From: an uncultured Gemmatimonadales bacterium
GTDB lineage: Bacteria > Gemmatimonadota > Gemmatimonadetes > Gemmatimonadales > GWC2-71-9
Direction: 5' to 3'
Assembly: GCA_963695555.1 (NCBI GenBank)
Contig: CAVOGR010000007.1
Span: forward strand, 576,001 to 640,000
DNA length: 64,000 nucleotides
How positions within the stretch are numbered: the stretch's first letter is position 1; the number at the start of each line of letters is the position of its first letter. Positions 16,856-26,700 of the stretch are shown one piece after another. The translations under genes were made by a program, and so were the position numbers. A model generated the notes under the pieces. It was not told where the DNA came from. It searched no databases and saw only the letters and a list, made by a program, of their open reading frames with translations.

Positions 16856-18214
16856 GTGATCGCTCCTGACATCGCGCCGAAGGTCCTGGTAGTCGAGGAT
16901 GACCTCGACCATGCACGCGGCTTGGTATCGGTGCTGGAACATGCCGGCCACTCGGTGACCCATTCGGCCTGTGGCAAACCCGCCGTTGAGCAACTCGAGC
17001 GCGAGGTGTACGACCTCGTGCTGCTCTGCACCTGCGCCCCCGGCCTCAAGGGGTTGTTCGTGCTGTCGCGGGCCAGGGCACTCCAGACCCAGGCCCAGTT
17101 CCTGATCTTGACGGACGAGGCGGACCTCGAGACGGCCGTCGAGGCCATGCGGCTCGGCGCCTACGACTATTTACCCAAGCCGGTACGGCCCGATGTGCTG
17201 TTGCTCCGAGTGTCGCGAGCCGTTCACCAGGGGGTACTGAGCCGCGAAGTGGCTGAGCTCAAGGTCAGGGCCGGGCGCAGTACACGTCGGAAGCTCCTCG
17301 GATCATCTGCCGCCATCGAGCAGGTGTTCCGGCTGATCGAGCGCGTGGCCCCAACCGTGACCTCCGTGCTCGTGACCGGAGAGACCGGCACCGGCAAGGA
17401 ACTGGTGGCTCGGGCCGTCCACGACCTGTCGCCGCGCCGGGGCCACCCGTTCGTCCCGGTGAGCTGCTCGGCACTCCCTGAGAACCTGCTCGAGTCGGAG
17501 TTGTTCGGTCACGTCCGGGGGAGCTTCACCGGAGCCGTGACCAATCGGCGCGGCTTGTTCGAGGACGCGGCCGGCGGGACGATCTTCCTCGATGAAATCG
17601 AGACCCTCGGTCCGGCCATGCAAGCCAGCCTGCTTCGCGCCGTGGAGGAACGCACCATCCAACGTGTTGGGGCGCGGCACGACATTCCGGTCAATTTCCG
17701 GCTGATCGCGGCATCGAACGCGGACCTTGCCGCACTGGTGGAGCAGGGCCTGTTCCGGGAGGACTTGTACTACCGACTCAACGTGTTTCCCATCCATGTA
17801 CCGCCGCTCCGATATCGGCCCAACGACATTCCGATCCTGGCCCGGCATTTCGTCAACCACTTCGCGAAGGACGCGGGCACCCCGCCTCCAGACATCGGCG
17901 AGGCAACGCTGGACAGACTGGTGCGCTACCCGTGGCCGGGAAATGTCCGGGAGCTGCGCAACGTGATCGAGCGGGGGTTCATCCTCTCGCACGGGAAATC
18001 CGAACTTGCCCTCCAGTTGGCCGACATGCCGGAGAACGGGAATGGGGCCTGCCTCGCGCCCTTGGTGTTCGAGAAATGGAATCTGAAACAAGTGGAAGGG
18101 GAGTATATCCGCGCTGTCCTCGAGGAGACGGCAGGGAACCGGAACCAGGCGGCCCAGATCCTGGGCATCGATCGCCGCACTCTCTATCGCAAGATTCGCG
18201 ACCTGGTCATTTGA
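16856..18214 (+). CDS. Sigma-54-dependent response regulator (AtoC/ZraR-like) with atypical receiver
   Basis: [50 protein letters not shown] and Fis HTH; start uncertain (in-frame ORF extends to 16697). Confidence 0.88.
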   Translation: MIAPDIAPKVLVVEDDLDHARGLVSVLEHAGHSVTHSACGKPAVEQLEREVYDLVLLCTCAPGLKGLFVLSRARALQTQAQFLILTDEADLETAVEAMRLGAYDYLPKPVRPDVLLLRVSRAVHQGVLSREVAELKVRAGRSTRRKLLGSSAAIEQVFRLIERVAPTVTSVLVTGETGTGKELVARAVHDLSPRRGHPFVPVSCSALPENLLESELFGHVRGSFTGAVTNRRGLFEDAAGGTIFLDEIETLGPAMQASLLRAVEERTIQRVGARHDIPVNFRLIAASNADLAALVEQGLFREDLYYRLNVFPIHVPPLRYRPNDIPILARHFVNHFAKDAGTPPPDIGEATLDRLVRYPWPGNVRELRNVIERGFILSHGKSELALQLADMPENGNGACLAPLVFEKWNLKQVEGEYIRAVLEETAGNRNQAAQILGIDRRTLYRKIRDLVI

Positions 18215-18329
18215 TCGACGTCAGGATTCCGCGGGCTCCACGGCCGCCCAACGAGCACTTCGTTACTTCTCTCGGCTCCACGACGTCTACAGTGCAGCAG
18301 GGCGATGATTGCCTACTGGGAGATTCGCC

Positions 18330-18581
18330 ATGATCACCCGAACCGCATCGCCGTATCAGGAGGCGTGGCACGCGCGTGCCGGCTCGCCGTGGGAGCGCGC
18401 GTTGCACGAACGCTGGAGCCTCAAGCGTCTCGAAGACGAATACATCCGCGTGGTGCTGCAGTTGACTGGCGGCAATCGCAACCAGGCGGCCCGCATCCTG
18501 GGCATCGATCGCCGCACCCTCTATCGCAAGATCAACCGGCTCGAGGCCGGCGAAGCCGAGACGGCAGGGCATCACCACTGA
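18330..18581 (+). CDS. Stand-alone Fis-family helix-turn-helix protein (83 aa)
   Basis: [49 protein letters not shown] before ATG 18330. Confidence 0.75.
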   Translation: MITRTASPYQEAWHARAGSPWERALHERWSLKRLEDEYIRVVLQLTGGNRNQAARILGIDRRTLYRKINRLEAGEAETAGHHH

Positions 18582-18733
18582 GAACGGCTCCTGCGCGGGG
18601 AGCGGCCAGACGTTCATGTCGCGATCTGGTACCGCTCCCTGCAAACCCGCGACAACAATTGACAGCGCGTTACCTTCCGCCAACTGTGGGCGTCTCTTCC
18701 GTAGCAGGGCAGCCTTCGGAGAGGGAGGGTACC

Positions 18734-19219
18734 ATGAAACGATTCTTACTGTTGCCCGCGGCGTGCTTCGCCTTCATCGCGTGCGAGTCCGGTGTCACGA
18801 CGAGCCCCAGCGCCGATGCCGCATACGACCCGCCAACCGCGGCTATCGTCGATGCGGCAATACTCACCATCGACGTCCAACCCAAGGCAACCAACAACGT
18901 GATCAACCTGGGGACTCCGTCGATGATCGTGGTGGCGATCGTCGGTACCCCCGAGACCGCTTGGGCGGACTTCGATCTGACGTCGGTCTGGTTCGGTCCC
19001 GACCAGGCGCCTCGGCTCCACGAGTTCGTGCTGGATGGCCCGACGGATCATCTCAAGGACGTGGACGGCGACGGCGATGACGACCTGATGTTCCACTTCG
19101 ACAAGGTAGCCACCGGCCTCGCGGTGGGGGACGTGCCGGCGTGCCTGGGGATCGTGATTGCCGGAACCGAATACGCGGGGTGCGAGGATGTGACGGTGAT
19201 CAACAAGAAGGTGCACTGA
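18734..19219 (+). CDS. Putative lipoprotein with DxDxDG calcium-binding-like loop
   Basis: GGAGG RBS; MKRFLLLPAACFAFIAC lipobox; DVDGDGDDDLMFHF motif. Confidence 0.75.
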   Translation: MKRFLLLPAACFAFIACESGVTTSPSADAAYDPPTAAIVDAAILTIDVQPKATNNVINLGTPSMIVVAIVGTPETAWADFDLTSVWFGPDQAPRLHEFVLDGPTDHLKDVDGDGDDDLMFHFDKVATGLAVGDVPACLGIVIAGTEYAGCEDVTVINKKVH

Positions 19220-19301
19220 CCGCTCAGCAGACTACGAACGCGTGAGGGTACACGTCGTGCTGCGGAAGTCGGAGTGCGATTGACGCTGTCGCTGGATCAA
19301 C

Positions 19302-19326
19302 GCGCCCGGGCTCGGCCCCCGGGCGC
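19302..19326 (+). terminator. Possible intrinsic terminator hairpin
   Basis: GCGCCCGGG-N7-CCCGGGCGC followed by AGTTGTT; the U-tract is weak. Confidence 0.3.
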
Positions 19327-19512
19327 AGTTGTTCCAGGTTCCGGCATGTGGTGAAGGTCAGTGCCGTTAGAGGATATACCGTTGGAGGTCGTCGCCCTCT
19401 ACCACCTTGGGAGAAGGAGCAACGCGCCAGAGACACAAATCTTGGCACTGCTCCGAACCGGGTGTATACTGGCTCCCAGAGTCTCCAAATTCCCCTGACC
19501 CTACGTCCCATC

Positions 19513-19926
19513 ATGTCGAGTGTTCCCTCCCAACCGGAGGCCCAAGAGCGTGAAGCGGTGAAGATCTACAAGGCGCTCTTCGGCCGAGGCATTCCAGACA
19601 AACTGAAGCACCGGTTCATCGAAGCATCGAAGTTGGATAGATCCACCCACGCCCACGGCCTGGAGCGGTACTATCGGATCATTGAGGGCGTCCGCGACCT
19701 CGAGGCCCTGGAGATCGCAGGCCGGTACACCCACAAGCTCCCGCTGTTGAGCCAGCGCTTCCAACTCATGGTCTTCTTGGCGGAGGCGCTTCCGGAGCAT
19801 CGCTCAGACTTCATCAAGAAGCGCGGCAGCGTGATCCGCGGGGTGGGTGCGGTGATTGCCGGCGCGCTTCGCACCGGGTACAAATTCTCGAAGGGAATGG
19901 TTCTTCTCAGGACTCGGCGTGTTTGA
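19513..19926 (+). CDS. Hypothetical protein (137 aa)
   Basis: ORF MSSVPSQ...RTRRV overlaps the start of the downstream oxidoreductase, suggesting translational coupling. Confidence 0.6.
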   Translation: MSSVPSQPEAQEREAVKIYKALFGRGIPDKLKHRFIEASKLDRSTHAHGLERYYRIIEGVRDLEALEIAGRYTHKLPLLSQRFQLMVFLAEALPEHRSDFIKKRGSVIRGVGAVIAGALRTGYKFSKGMVLLRTRRV

Positions 19927-21499
19927 GGCCATCATCGTCGGCTCTGGTGCCTCCGGTGTCGCAGCTGCCATGGAGTTTGCCGAGTGCGGCATCACACCGC
20001 TTATGATAGATGTTGGACACCTTGCCGGTCACACACCAAGCGTTCCAGCCAACCTATATGAGTACCGGGGACAGCACGACTGCTTCGATCTCATGATCGG
20101 CGGTCGCTACGAGGGGCTGTCCAACATCTTGACCGACCGGCAGGTTCCGGTCAAACTCACGGCTCCGTACTTGGAATATGTGACACGCGACGCCAAGCAC
20201 CTTTCTCCACTCGACGAAGCGGAGTTCAAAGCCATCCAGAGCTTCTCGCTGGGCGGGCTCGCGAATGCGTGGGGAGCGGGGTTGTACCGATTCACCGATG
20301 ACGACCTCGAAGCGTTTCCCATCGCCAGCCGCGACCTGGATCCGTATTTCGACAAATTGACGGCTGCGATTGGGATTGCCGGAACCGCGGACGATCTCAC
20401 CCCGTTCCTGGGCTCGACCGAGCATCTTCAGCGACCGCACAGACTCTCGCGAAACATTAGTGCCCTTTACGAGCGCTATCAGAGGAGAAGTCGGCGCCAG
20501 GCCGAGTCGGTGCATATCGGCCGTGCTCGGGTTGGCATCCTGACGGAAGCGCACGACGGGCGACCGGCGTTCGCGTACGGCGGCACGGAGTTCTTCCACG
20601 AGGACCGGTCGATTTACAGCCCGCGGTATACGCTCGACCGGCTCGTGGATGATGGCAAGGTGGTCCTCCATCGCGGGCTCCTAGTCGAATCCTGGACGGA
20701 GGACGAAACGGGGGTCCGGATTTTCGCGCGCGACCTCGCGACACAGGCAAGCACCACCTTTGAAGCTCGCACACTTCTGCTCGCCGCGGGTGCGATCAAT
20801 ACATCTAAGATCGTGCTGCAATCGCACGTTGATTACCACACCAGCCTTCCGCTCCTCGAGAACCCCGCACTCCAACTGCCGCTCGTCCTGCCCGGGGCCT
20901 TTGGACAGCCACTCCAAACCGATGCGTTCGGCCTTGTCCAGTTGAATCTCATCTGGGACTCGACGAGCTATGCGACGCGGCTGCAGGGCAGCATCATGGA
21001 GATTACCGCCCCTCGACGAGGGGAGTTCTTCGCCAGCCTACCCTACGCAGCCCGGGACAACTTGGCTCTGATACGGCATTTGTTGCCCGCCATGATTGTC
21101 ATGCAACTGTTCTTCCCCGGCTCCAGCCAGGAGCCGGGGACACTACAGCTCCAGCGCAATGGGCGGTTGACAATTACCGGTCACCCGAACACGCTCGATC
21201 TCAAGAAGCTCCAATTCCTGCTTCGCTACTTGCGGAAGCTGGGGGCGTGGAGCCACCCGCGGTTGATTGTGCGGGTTCCAACTGGCCATGCCGTCCACTA
21301 CGCCGGATCCCTTCCCATGCGAGAAGCGCCTGCACGCTATCAGTGCGACGCCACAGGACGACTGCACGGGGCTCAGAACGTCTTTATTGCCGACTCTGCT
21401 TCATTCTCGGACCTCCCAGCGAAGAACATGTCCTTCGCCATGATGGCCAATGCGATGCGCATCGCTCATGCAGTCGCCGCTCAGATACGACGGACATGA
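19919..21499 (+). CDS. FAD-dependent GMC-family oxidoreductase
   Basis: IIVGSGASG dinucleotide-binding motif; GGLANAWGAG; LLLAAGAINT; HYAGSLPM; NVFIADSASF. Confidence 0.85.
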   Translation: MFEAIIVGSGASGVAAAMEFAECGITPLMIDVGHLAGHTPSVPANLYEYRGQHDCFDLMIGGRYEGLSNILTDRQVPVKLTAPYLEYVTRDAKHLSPLDEAEFKAIQSFSLGGLANAWGAGLYRFTDDDLEAFPIASRDLDPYFDKLTAAIGIAGTADDLTPFLGSTEHLQRPHRLSRNISALYERYQRRSRRQAESVHIGRARVGILTEAHDGRPAFAYGGTEFFHEDRSIYSPRYTLDRLVDDGKVVLHRGLLVESWTEDETGVRIFARDLATQASTTFEARTLLLAAGAINTSKIVLQSHVDYHTSLPLLENPALQLPLVLPGAFGQPLQTDAFGLVQLNLIWDSTSYATRLQGSIMEITAPRRGEFFASLPYAARDNLALIRHLLPAMIVMQLFFPGSSQEPGTLQLQRNGRLTITGHPNTLDLKKLQFLLRYLRKLGAWSHPRLIVRVPTGHAVHYAGSLPMREAPARYQCDATGRLHGAQNVFIADSASFSDLPAKNMSFAMMANAMRIAHAVAAQIRRT

Positions 21500-22395
21500 C
21501 AACAACGGTCATGATCACCGGGGCCGGCGGGTTCATCGGCCGTCACCTCGCAGGCCGTCTGTCGGGTGAGGGATACCGCGTTGTTGGCATTGCTCGCGGC
21601 GGGGCCGCACTAGAACACTGCCATGCGACCTATCGTGCCGCTCTCGGCGATTCGCTGGTCTCAGTGATGCGACAGGAAGACGTGGATGTGGTCCTTCACT
21701 GTGCCAATCATGCCGGTCCGAACGAGTTTGCAATCAACGTGAACGGGACACGCCGTTGGTTTGAGGAAGCCGCCGCCCATGGGACGTCCCTACAGATCCT
21801 CATGAGCAGTCTTTCGGCGAGAGAAGATGCGGCCACAGACTACGGTCGAGCGAAGCATGCACTCGAAGAATCGTTCATTGCCGAGGGCGGCGTGGCGTTC
21901 CGGCTGGGCGTGGTCATAGGTAATGGCGGCATGTTCGGGCGGATCAAGCGCTCTCTGGCGAGGTACCCGGTCGTACCGCTCCTCGACAACGGCCGCGGCC
22001 GTATCTACTTCCTCGGTATCGACTACCTCACGAGTGTCGTTGAGGACTCCATCAGATCGGACGGCGATGAGCTTCGGGGCGGTGTGTGGCGTCTTCAACA
22101 ACCCGATCACTGTACGCTGCTCGAGTTGATGACCGCAATCCGCGACCAGTACGGATTTGCTTGTCGTTTCCTTCCGATTCCGTCATTGCCGATTCAGTGG
22201 GCGTTGGCGATGAGTGAATACCTGCCGCTGAAGCTGCCGATCACCAGCACCAACGTGAAGGGGCTACGGCAGAGCCGGTTTGATGAATTCGAAACCGACT
22301 TCGCCCGGTTCGGCTATCCCGCGGTGAGCCTGAACGATCTTGTCGCCGCGGCGGTCCGAGCCGAGGACACCGCCCCAATGGCCAGCGGGAGCTGA
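21496..22395 (+). CDS. NAD-dependent epimerase/dehydratase (extended SDR)
   Basis: ITGAGGFIG, SSLSA and YGRAK (YxxxK); ATGA overlap with the upstream gene. Confidence 0.85.
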   Translation: MTTTVMITGAGGFIGRHLAGRLSGEGYRVVGIARGGAALEHCHATYRAALGDSLVSVMRQEDVDVVLHCANHAGPNEFAINVNGTRRWFEEAAAHGTSLQILMSSLSAREDAATDYGRAKHALEESFIAEGGVAFRLGVVIGNGGMFGRIKRSLARYPVVPLLDNGRGRIYFLGIDYLTSVVEDSIRSDGDELRGGVWRLQQPDHCTLLELMTAIRDQYGFACRFLPIPSLPIQWALAMSEYLPLKLPITSTNVKGLRQSRFDEFETDFARFGYPAVSLNDLVAAAVRAEDTAPMASGS

Positions 22396-22432
22396 TCGCC
22401 TGCCGTGCGGGCGTTCCGGTAGGCGAGAGAAA

Positions 22433-23941
22433 CTAGAGGATATACCGCCGGAGATCGTCGTCTTCGACCACTTTGGCCAGCCGGTCGCGCACTCCGGCGC
22501 CGTCGAATACGATTTTCTTTTCGCTCCGCTCGGGCAACTCGAACAGGACGTCGTCCATCAGGGTGGCCATGACGGTCTGGAGCCGGCGGGCCCCGATGTT
22601 CTCCATCATGTCGTTGGCGCGGAAGGCCACCCGGGCGATCTCCGCGATCCCATCCGTGGTGAACTCGAGTGCGGCATCCTCGGCGGCGACCAGGGCCTGG
22701 TATTGTTTGGTCAGGGAGTTCTCGGGCTCGGTCATGATCCGGACGAAGTCCTGCTCGGTCAGCGGGTTGAGCTCCACCCGGATCGGGAACCTGCCCTGCA
22801 GCTCGGGAATCAGGTCGGATGGTTTGGCGGCGTGGAACGCGCCGGCCGCGACGAAGAGGACGTGATCGGTGCGGACGTAGCCATACCGGGTCTGGACGGT
22901 CGATCCCTCGACGATCGGCAGCAGGTCTTGCTGGACGCCTTCGCGTGACACGTCGGGGCCGACTTGGCTCCGCTCCCCGGCGATCTTGTCGATTTCGTCG
23001 ATGAAGATGATGCCGTGGTTTTCCACCCGGTCGAGCGACTCGTTCACGACGTCGTCCATGTCCACCAACTTCTTGAGCTCCTCGTCAACCAGAATGCGCC
23101 GCGCTTCGGGCACCTTTACGACCCGGCGCTTGGTGCGCTTGGGGAGCATGTCCTGAAGCATCTCGGACAGGTTCATCTCCTGCCCTTCCATGCCCTGGGG
23201 CGGCTGGAACAGGTCGAACATGAGCGGCCCTTGGGCGGCAACTTCGATTTCGACTTCCCGCTCGTCGAGCTGCCCCTCGGTGAGCAGCTTGCGCAGCTTC
23301 TCGCGGGAGCGGGTGCGCCGTTCCTCCTCGGGCGGCGGGCTGGACTGGCGTACGGTGCCGGTCGGCCCGACGACGAACACCGCCTGCGCCCCGTCCGGAT
23401 CTGCCTGTTCTTTCGGGGGCGCGGGTGGCACCTTCGGGAGGAGGATGTCGAGCAAACGCTCATCCGCGCGCAGCTCCGCCACCTCGTACACGTCGTCTTC
23501 CCGTTCGGTGCGGACCATGTTGATGGCGACGTCGACCAGGTCGCGCACCATCGACTCCGCATCACGGCCGACGTAGCCCACCTCGGTGAACTTCGACGCT
23601 TCGACCTTGATGAAGGGTGAGCCCGCCAACCGGGCAAGGCGCCGGGCGATCTCGGTCTTCCCCACCCCGGTGGGTCCGATCATGATGATGTTGTACGGGA
23701 GGATCTCGTCGCGGATCTCTTCCGGGGTCCGGGCCCGACGCCATCGATTCCGCACTGCAATGGCGATTGCGCGCTTGGCCGCTTCCTGGCCGATGATGTA
23801 GCGATCTAATTCCGCCACGATCTGCCGCGGCGGCAGATCCTCGAGCCAGGGTGTCCCGGAGGGGGCGTCAGGCACGGGCGCCGGCGCTTCCGGCCGGAGG
23901 GCGACCTCATCCGTGCCTGAGCCTCCGTTGGCCGCACTCAT
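22433..23941 (-). CDS. hslU: ATP-dependent protease ATPase subunit HslU
   Basis: [54 protein letters not shown]-terminal DLRRYIL. Confidence 0.97.
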   Translation of the reverse strand: MSAANGGSGTDEVALRPEAPAPVPDAPSGTPWLEDLPPRQIVAELDRYIIGQEAAKRAIAIAVRNRWRRARTPEEIRDEILPYNIIMIGPTGVGKTEIARRLARLAGSPFIKVEASKFTEVGYVGRDAESMVRDLVDVAINMVRTEREDDVYEVAELRADERLLDILLPKVPPAPPKEQADPDGAQAVFVVGPTGTVRQSSPPPEEERRTRSREKLRKLLTEGQLDEREVEIEVAAQGPLMFDLFQPPQGMEGQEMNLSEMLQDMLPKRTKRRVVKVPEARRILVDEELKKLVDMDDVVNESLDRVENHGIIFIDEIDKIAGERSQVGPDVSREGVQQDLLPIVEGSTVQTRYGYVRTDHVLFVAAGAFHAAKPSDLIPELQGRFPIRVELNPLTEQDFVRIMTEPENSLTKQYQALVAAEDAALEFTTDGIAEIARVAFRANDMMENIGARRLQTVMATLMDDVLFELPERSEKKIVFDGAGVRDRLAKVVEDDDLRRYIL

Positions 23942-24480
23942 GGCGAGTCGAGCTCCAGCACGGTGGTATTTCGGTTGGTGTAGACGCAGATATCAGCCGC
24001 GATCTCGAGGGCGCGCTCGACGATGGCTCGAGCCGAGAGGTCGGGTTGCGACAGGAGTGCCCGCGCCGCCGCGACCGCGTAGTTGCCCCCGGAACCCACG
24101 CCGAGAATTCCGTCATCCGGCTCGATCAACTCGCCGGCGCCGCTGATGAGATAGGTGTGATTGTAATCGGCCACAACCAAGAGGGCCTCGAGACGGCGGA
24201 GCACCCGGTCGCTCCGCCAATCCTTGGCCAGCTCCACGGAGGCCCTGGGAAGGTTCGACGGGTACCGGTCGAGCTTCTCTTCGAACTTCTCGTAGAGGGT
24301 AAAGGCGTCGGCCACCGATCCGGCAAACCCGGCCAGGATCCGGCCGCCCTTGAGCGTTCGGACCTTGACCGAGTTGGTCTTCATGACGGTGTCGCCGAAG
24401 CTCACCTGACCGTCGCCACCCAAGGCCACCTTACCGTCTTTGCGCACCGATAGGATGGTGGTGCCGTGGAACTGGGACAT
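23938..24480 (-). CDS. hslV: ATP-dependent protease peptidase subunit HslV
   Basis: HGTTILSVR...[27 protein letters not shown]. Confidence 0.97.
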   Translation of the reverse strand: MSQFHGTTILSVRKDGKVALGGDGQVSFGDTVMKTNSVKVRTLKGGRILAGFAGSVADAFTLYEKFEEKLDRYPSNLPRASVELAKDWRSDRVLRRLEALLVVADYNHTYLISGAGELIEPDDGILGVGSGGNYAVAAARALLSQPDLSARAIVERALEIAADICVYTNRNTTVLELDSP

Positions 24481-24502
24481 CCGAGAATCCTCCAACCGTG
24501 CA

Positions 24503-25414
24503 CTAGGCCCGCGGATGGGCCTGGTGATAGACCTTCTTCAATCGCTCGACGCTGGTGTGCGTGTAGACCTGGGTGGTCGACAGCGAGGCATGGCCCAGGA
24601 GCTCCTGCACCGCGCGGAGGTCCGCCCCCGCATCGAGCAAGTGGGTCGCGAACGAGTGCCGGAGCGAATGCACTCGCAGGCCGTCCGCGCCGATTGCCTG
24701 AAACATGCCTCGCATGGCACGTTGGGCGCTTCGCGGCGCGAGACGTTTCCCGAGCCGGCTCACGAACACCGCTTGGCGCTCGGAGCCCTTGCGGGCCACC
24801 ACCTCCTCGCGTACGGCAAGATAACGGCGCAGCGCGCCCACCGCTTTCGACCCGACCGGTAGGATCCGCTCTTTTCGACCCTTACCGAGCACCTTTACCT
24901 GGTCCGACAGGAGGTCGACGTCCTTGAGATTCAACCCGGTCAGTTCCGCGAGGCGCATGCCCGTGGAATAGAAGAGCTCGAGCATCGCCAAGTCGCGGAG
25001 CGGAATGAAGTCATCGCCGGCCGCGCGCGCCTCAGCCAATTCGAACAGCTGGTCGAGTTGAGCGCGCCGGGCATACGACGGCAACCGCCGATCTTGTTTC
25101 GGCACCCGCGTCCCGCGCGTCACGTTGACCGCGAGCCCGTGCTGGGCCTGGAGATACCGATAGAGGCTTCGGACGGCCGACAGCGACCGCGCCGCCGATC
25201 GCTTGCCCAGCCCGCGCCGCTGCTCGTCCGCCAGGAACCCCCGAAGCCCTAAACGATCGACCGTGGCCCAGGTCCACTTCCCACCGTAGTGATGGCCGCA
25301 GAACTCAGTGAACCGATCCAGGTCGCGCCCGTACGCCGTGATGGTGTGCGGGGAGTGCTGGCGCTCCTTCTCGAGAAAGGCCAGGTACTCGGCCACGACG
25401 GGGTGCCTTACCAC
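24503..25414 (-). CDS. xerC: Tyrosine recombinase XerC
   Basis: [55 protein letters not shown]; topA-trmFO-xerC-hslVU context. Confidence 0.9.
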   Translation of the reverse strand: MVRHPVVAEYLAFLEKERQHSPHTITAYGRDLDRFTEFCGHHYGGKWTWATVDRLGLRGFLADEQRRGLGKRSAARSLSAVRSLYRYLQAQHGLAVNVTRGTRVPKQDRRLPSYARRAQLDQLFELAEARAAGDDFIPLRDLAMLELFYSTGMRLAELTGLNLKDVDLLSDQVKVLGKGRKERILPVGSKAVGALRRYLAVREEVVARKGSERQAVFVSRLGKRLAPRSAQRAMRGMFQAIGADGLRVHSLRHSFATHLLDAGADLRAVQELLGHASLSTTQVYTHTSVERLKKVYHQAHPRA

Positions 25415-26700
25415 GAGGCCTTCCATGCAACGAAATCGGCCTGCGCCCGCGCCACCAGCTGGGCTCTCTTGTCCGCCTTCTTCACGCGGTGCGGCAGCGG
25501 GTCGACCAGGCCGAAGTTGGCATTCATGGGCTGGAAGTGGCCGGGATCGGCATCGCGCAGGTAGCGGTAGAGTCCGCCCAACATGGTGGTGGTCGGGGGC
25601 AGCACCGCCGGTTTGCCCTCGAGCCGCCGTGCCAAGTTGATGCCCGCGAGGAGGCCGGTGCCGAGCGACTCGGTATAGCCTTCGACACCGGTGAGCTGGC
25701 CGGCGAAGAAGACTCGATCGTCGTCCTTGACGGTAAGGGCGGGGCTCAGCACCGCAGGGCTCTGGAGATACGAATTTCGATGAATGCTGCCGAAGCGGAA
25801 GTACTCCGCCTGCGCCAGCCCGGGAATCATGCCGAACACGCGCCGTTGCTCCGGAATCCGGAGCCTGGTCTGGAACCCGACCAGGTTCCACATCTGACCG
25901 GCGGCATCCTCCCGCCGAAGCTGCACGACCGCGAACGGCTCCCGGCCGGTGGCCGGGTCGGGCAGGCCGACCGGCTTGAGCGGCCCGAAGCGAAGAGTTT
26001 CCCGCCCACGCCGGGCCATCTCCTCAATGGGGAGGCACCCCTCGAAATAGGGAACTTGGTCGAACTCGTGAGCGGTGAATTGATCGGCTTGCCCCAGGGC
26101 ATCGATGAACGCGCCGTACCCCTCCGCATCCATCGGCGCGTTCAGGTAGTCATCGCCGTTGCCCTTGCCATACCGAGACATGCGATACAGCCTGGCGTGA
26201 TCGAGCGACTCGGCGGAGACGATGGGCGCGATCGCATCGTAGAACGCGAGCGCATTCGTTCCCAGGCACTCGGCGATGGCGCTGGCCAACGCGTCGGAGG
26301 TGAGCGGGCCGGTGGCGATCACTCCGGGAGTCGGAATGTGGGTCACTTCCTCGCGGACCACCGAAATCCTCGGATGCGACAGGACCCGCTCTTCGACCGC
26401 CCGGGCAAACACCGTGCGATCGACCGCGAGCGCCGAGCCCCCGGGCACGCGGGCCGAGTCGGCGCAATCGAGCAGAAGGCTGCCGAGGAAGCGTAACTCC
26501 CACTTCAAGAGGCCGTGGGCGTTTTCGAGTTCGACCGATTTGAATGTGTTACTGCAGACCAGCTCGGCGAGACGGTCCGTCTGGTGGGCCGGGGTCTTCA
26601 CGCGCGGCCGCATTTCGTACAGGGTCACGTCGATGCCACGCTCGGCAAGGGCCCAAGCGGCTTCGCAGCCCGCGAGCCCCCCGCCGACCACCGTCGCCAT
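25408..26700 (-). CDS. trmFO: Methylenetetrahydrofolate--tRNA-(uracil-5-)-methyltransferase TrmFO
   Basis: VVGGGLAGCEAAW, AELVCSNT, YFEGCLPIE, FAGQLTGVEGYTES, FQPMNANFG. Confidence 0.95.
   Translation of the reverse strand: MATVVGGGLAGCEAAWALAERGIDVTLYEMRPRVKTPAHQTDRLAELVCSNTFKSVELENAHGLLKWELRFLGSLLLDCADSARVPGGSALAVDRTVFARAVEERVLSHPRISVVREEVTHIPTPGVIATGPLTSDALASAIAECLGTNALAFYDAIAPIVSAESLDHARLYRMSRYGKGNGDDYLNAPMDAEGYGAFIDALGQADQFTAHEFDQVPYFEGCLPIEEMARRGRETLRFGPLKPVGLPDPATGREPFAVVQLRREDAAGQMWNLVGFQTRLRIPEQRRVFGMIPGLAQAEYFRFGSIHRNSYLQSPAVLSPALTVKDDDRVFFAGQLTGVEGYTESLGTGLLAGINLARRLEGKPAVLPPTTTMLGGLYRYLRDADPGHFQPMNANFGLVDPLPHRVKKADKRAQLVARAQADFVAWKASW

Noticed and set aside
24503..25414. Tyrosine recombinase as a prophage or island integrase
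   Set aside because: The sequence and the topA-trmFO-xerC-hslVU context indicate housekeeping XerC.
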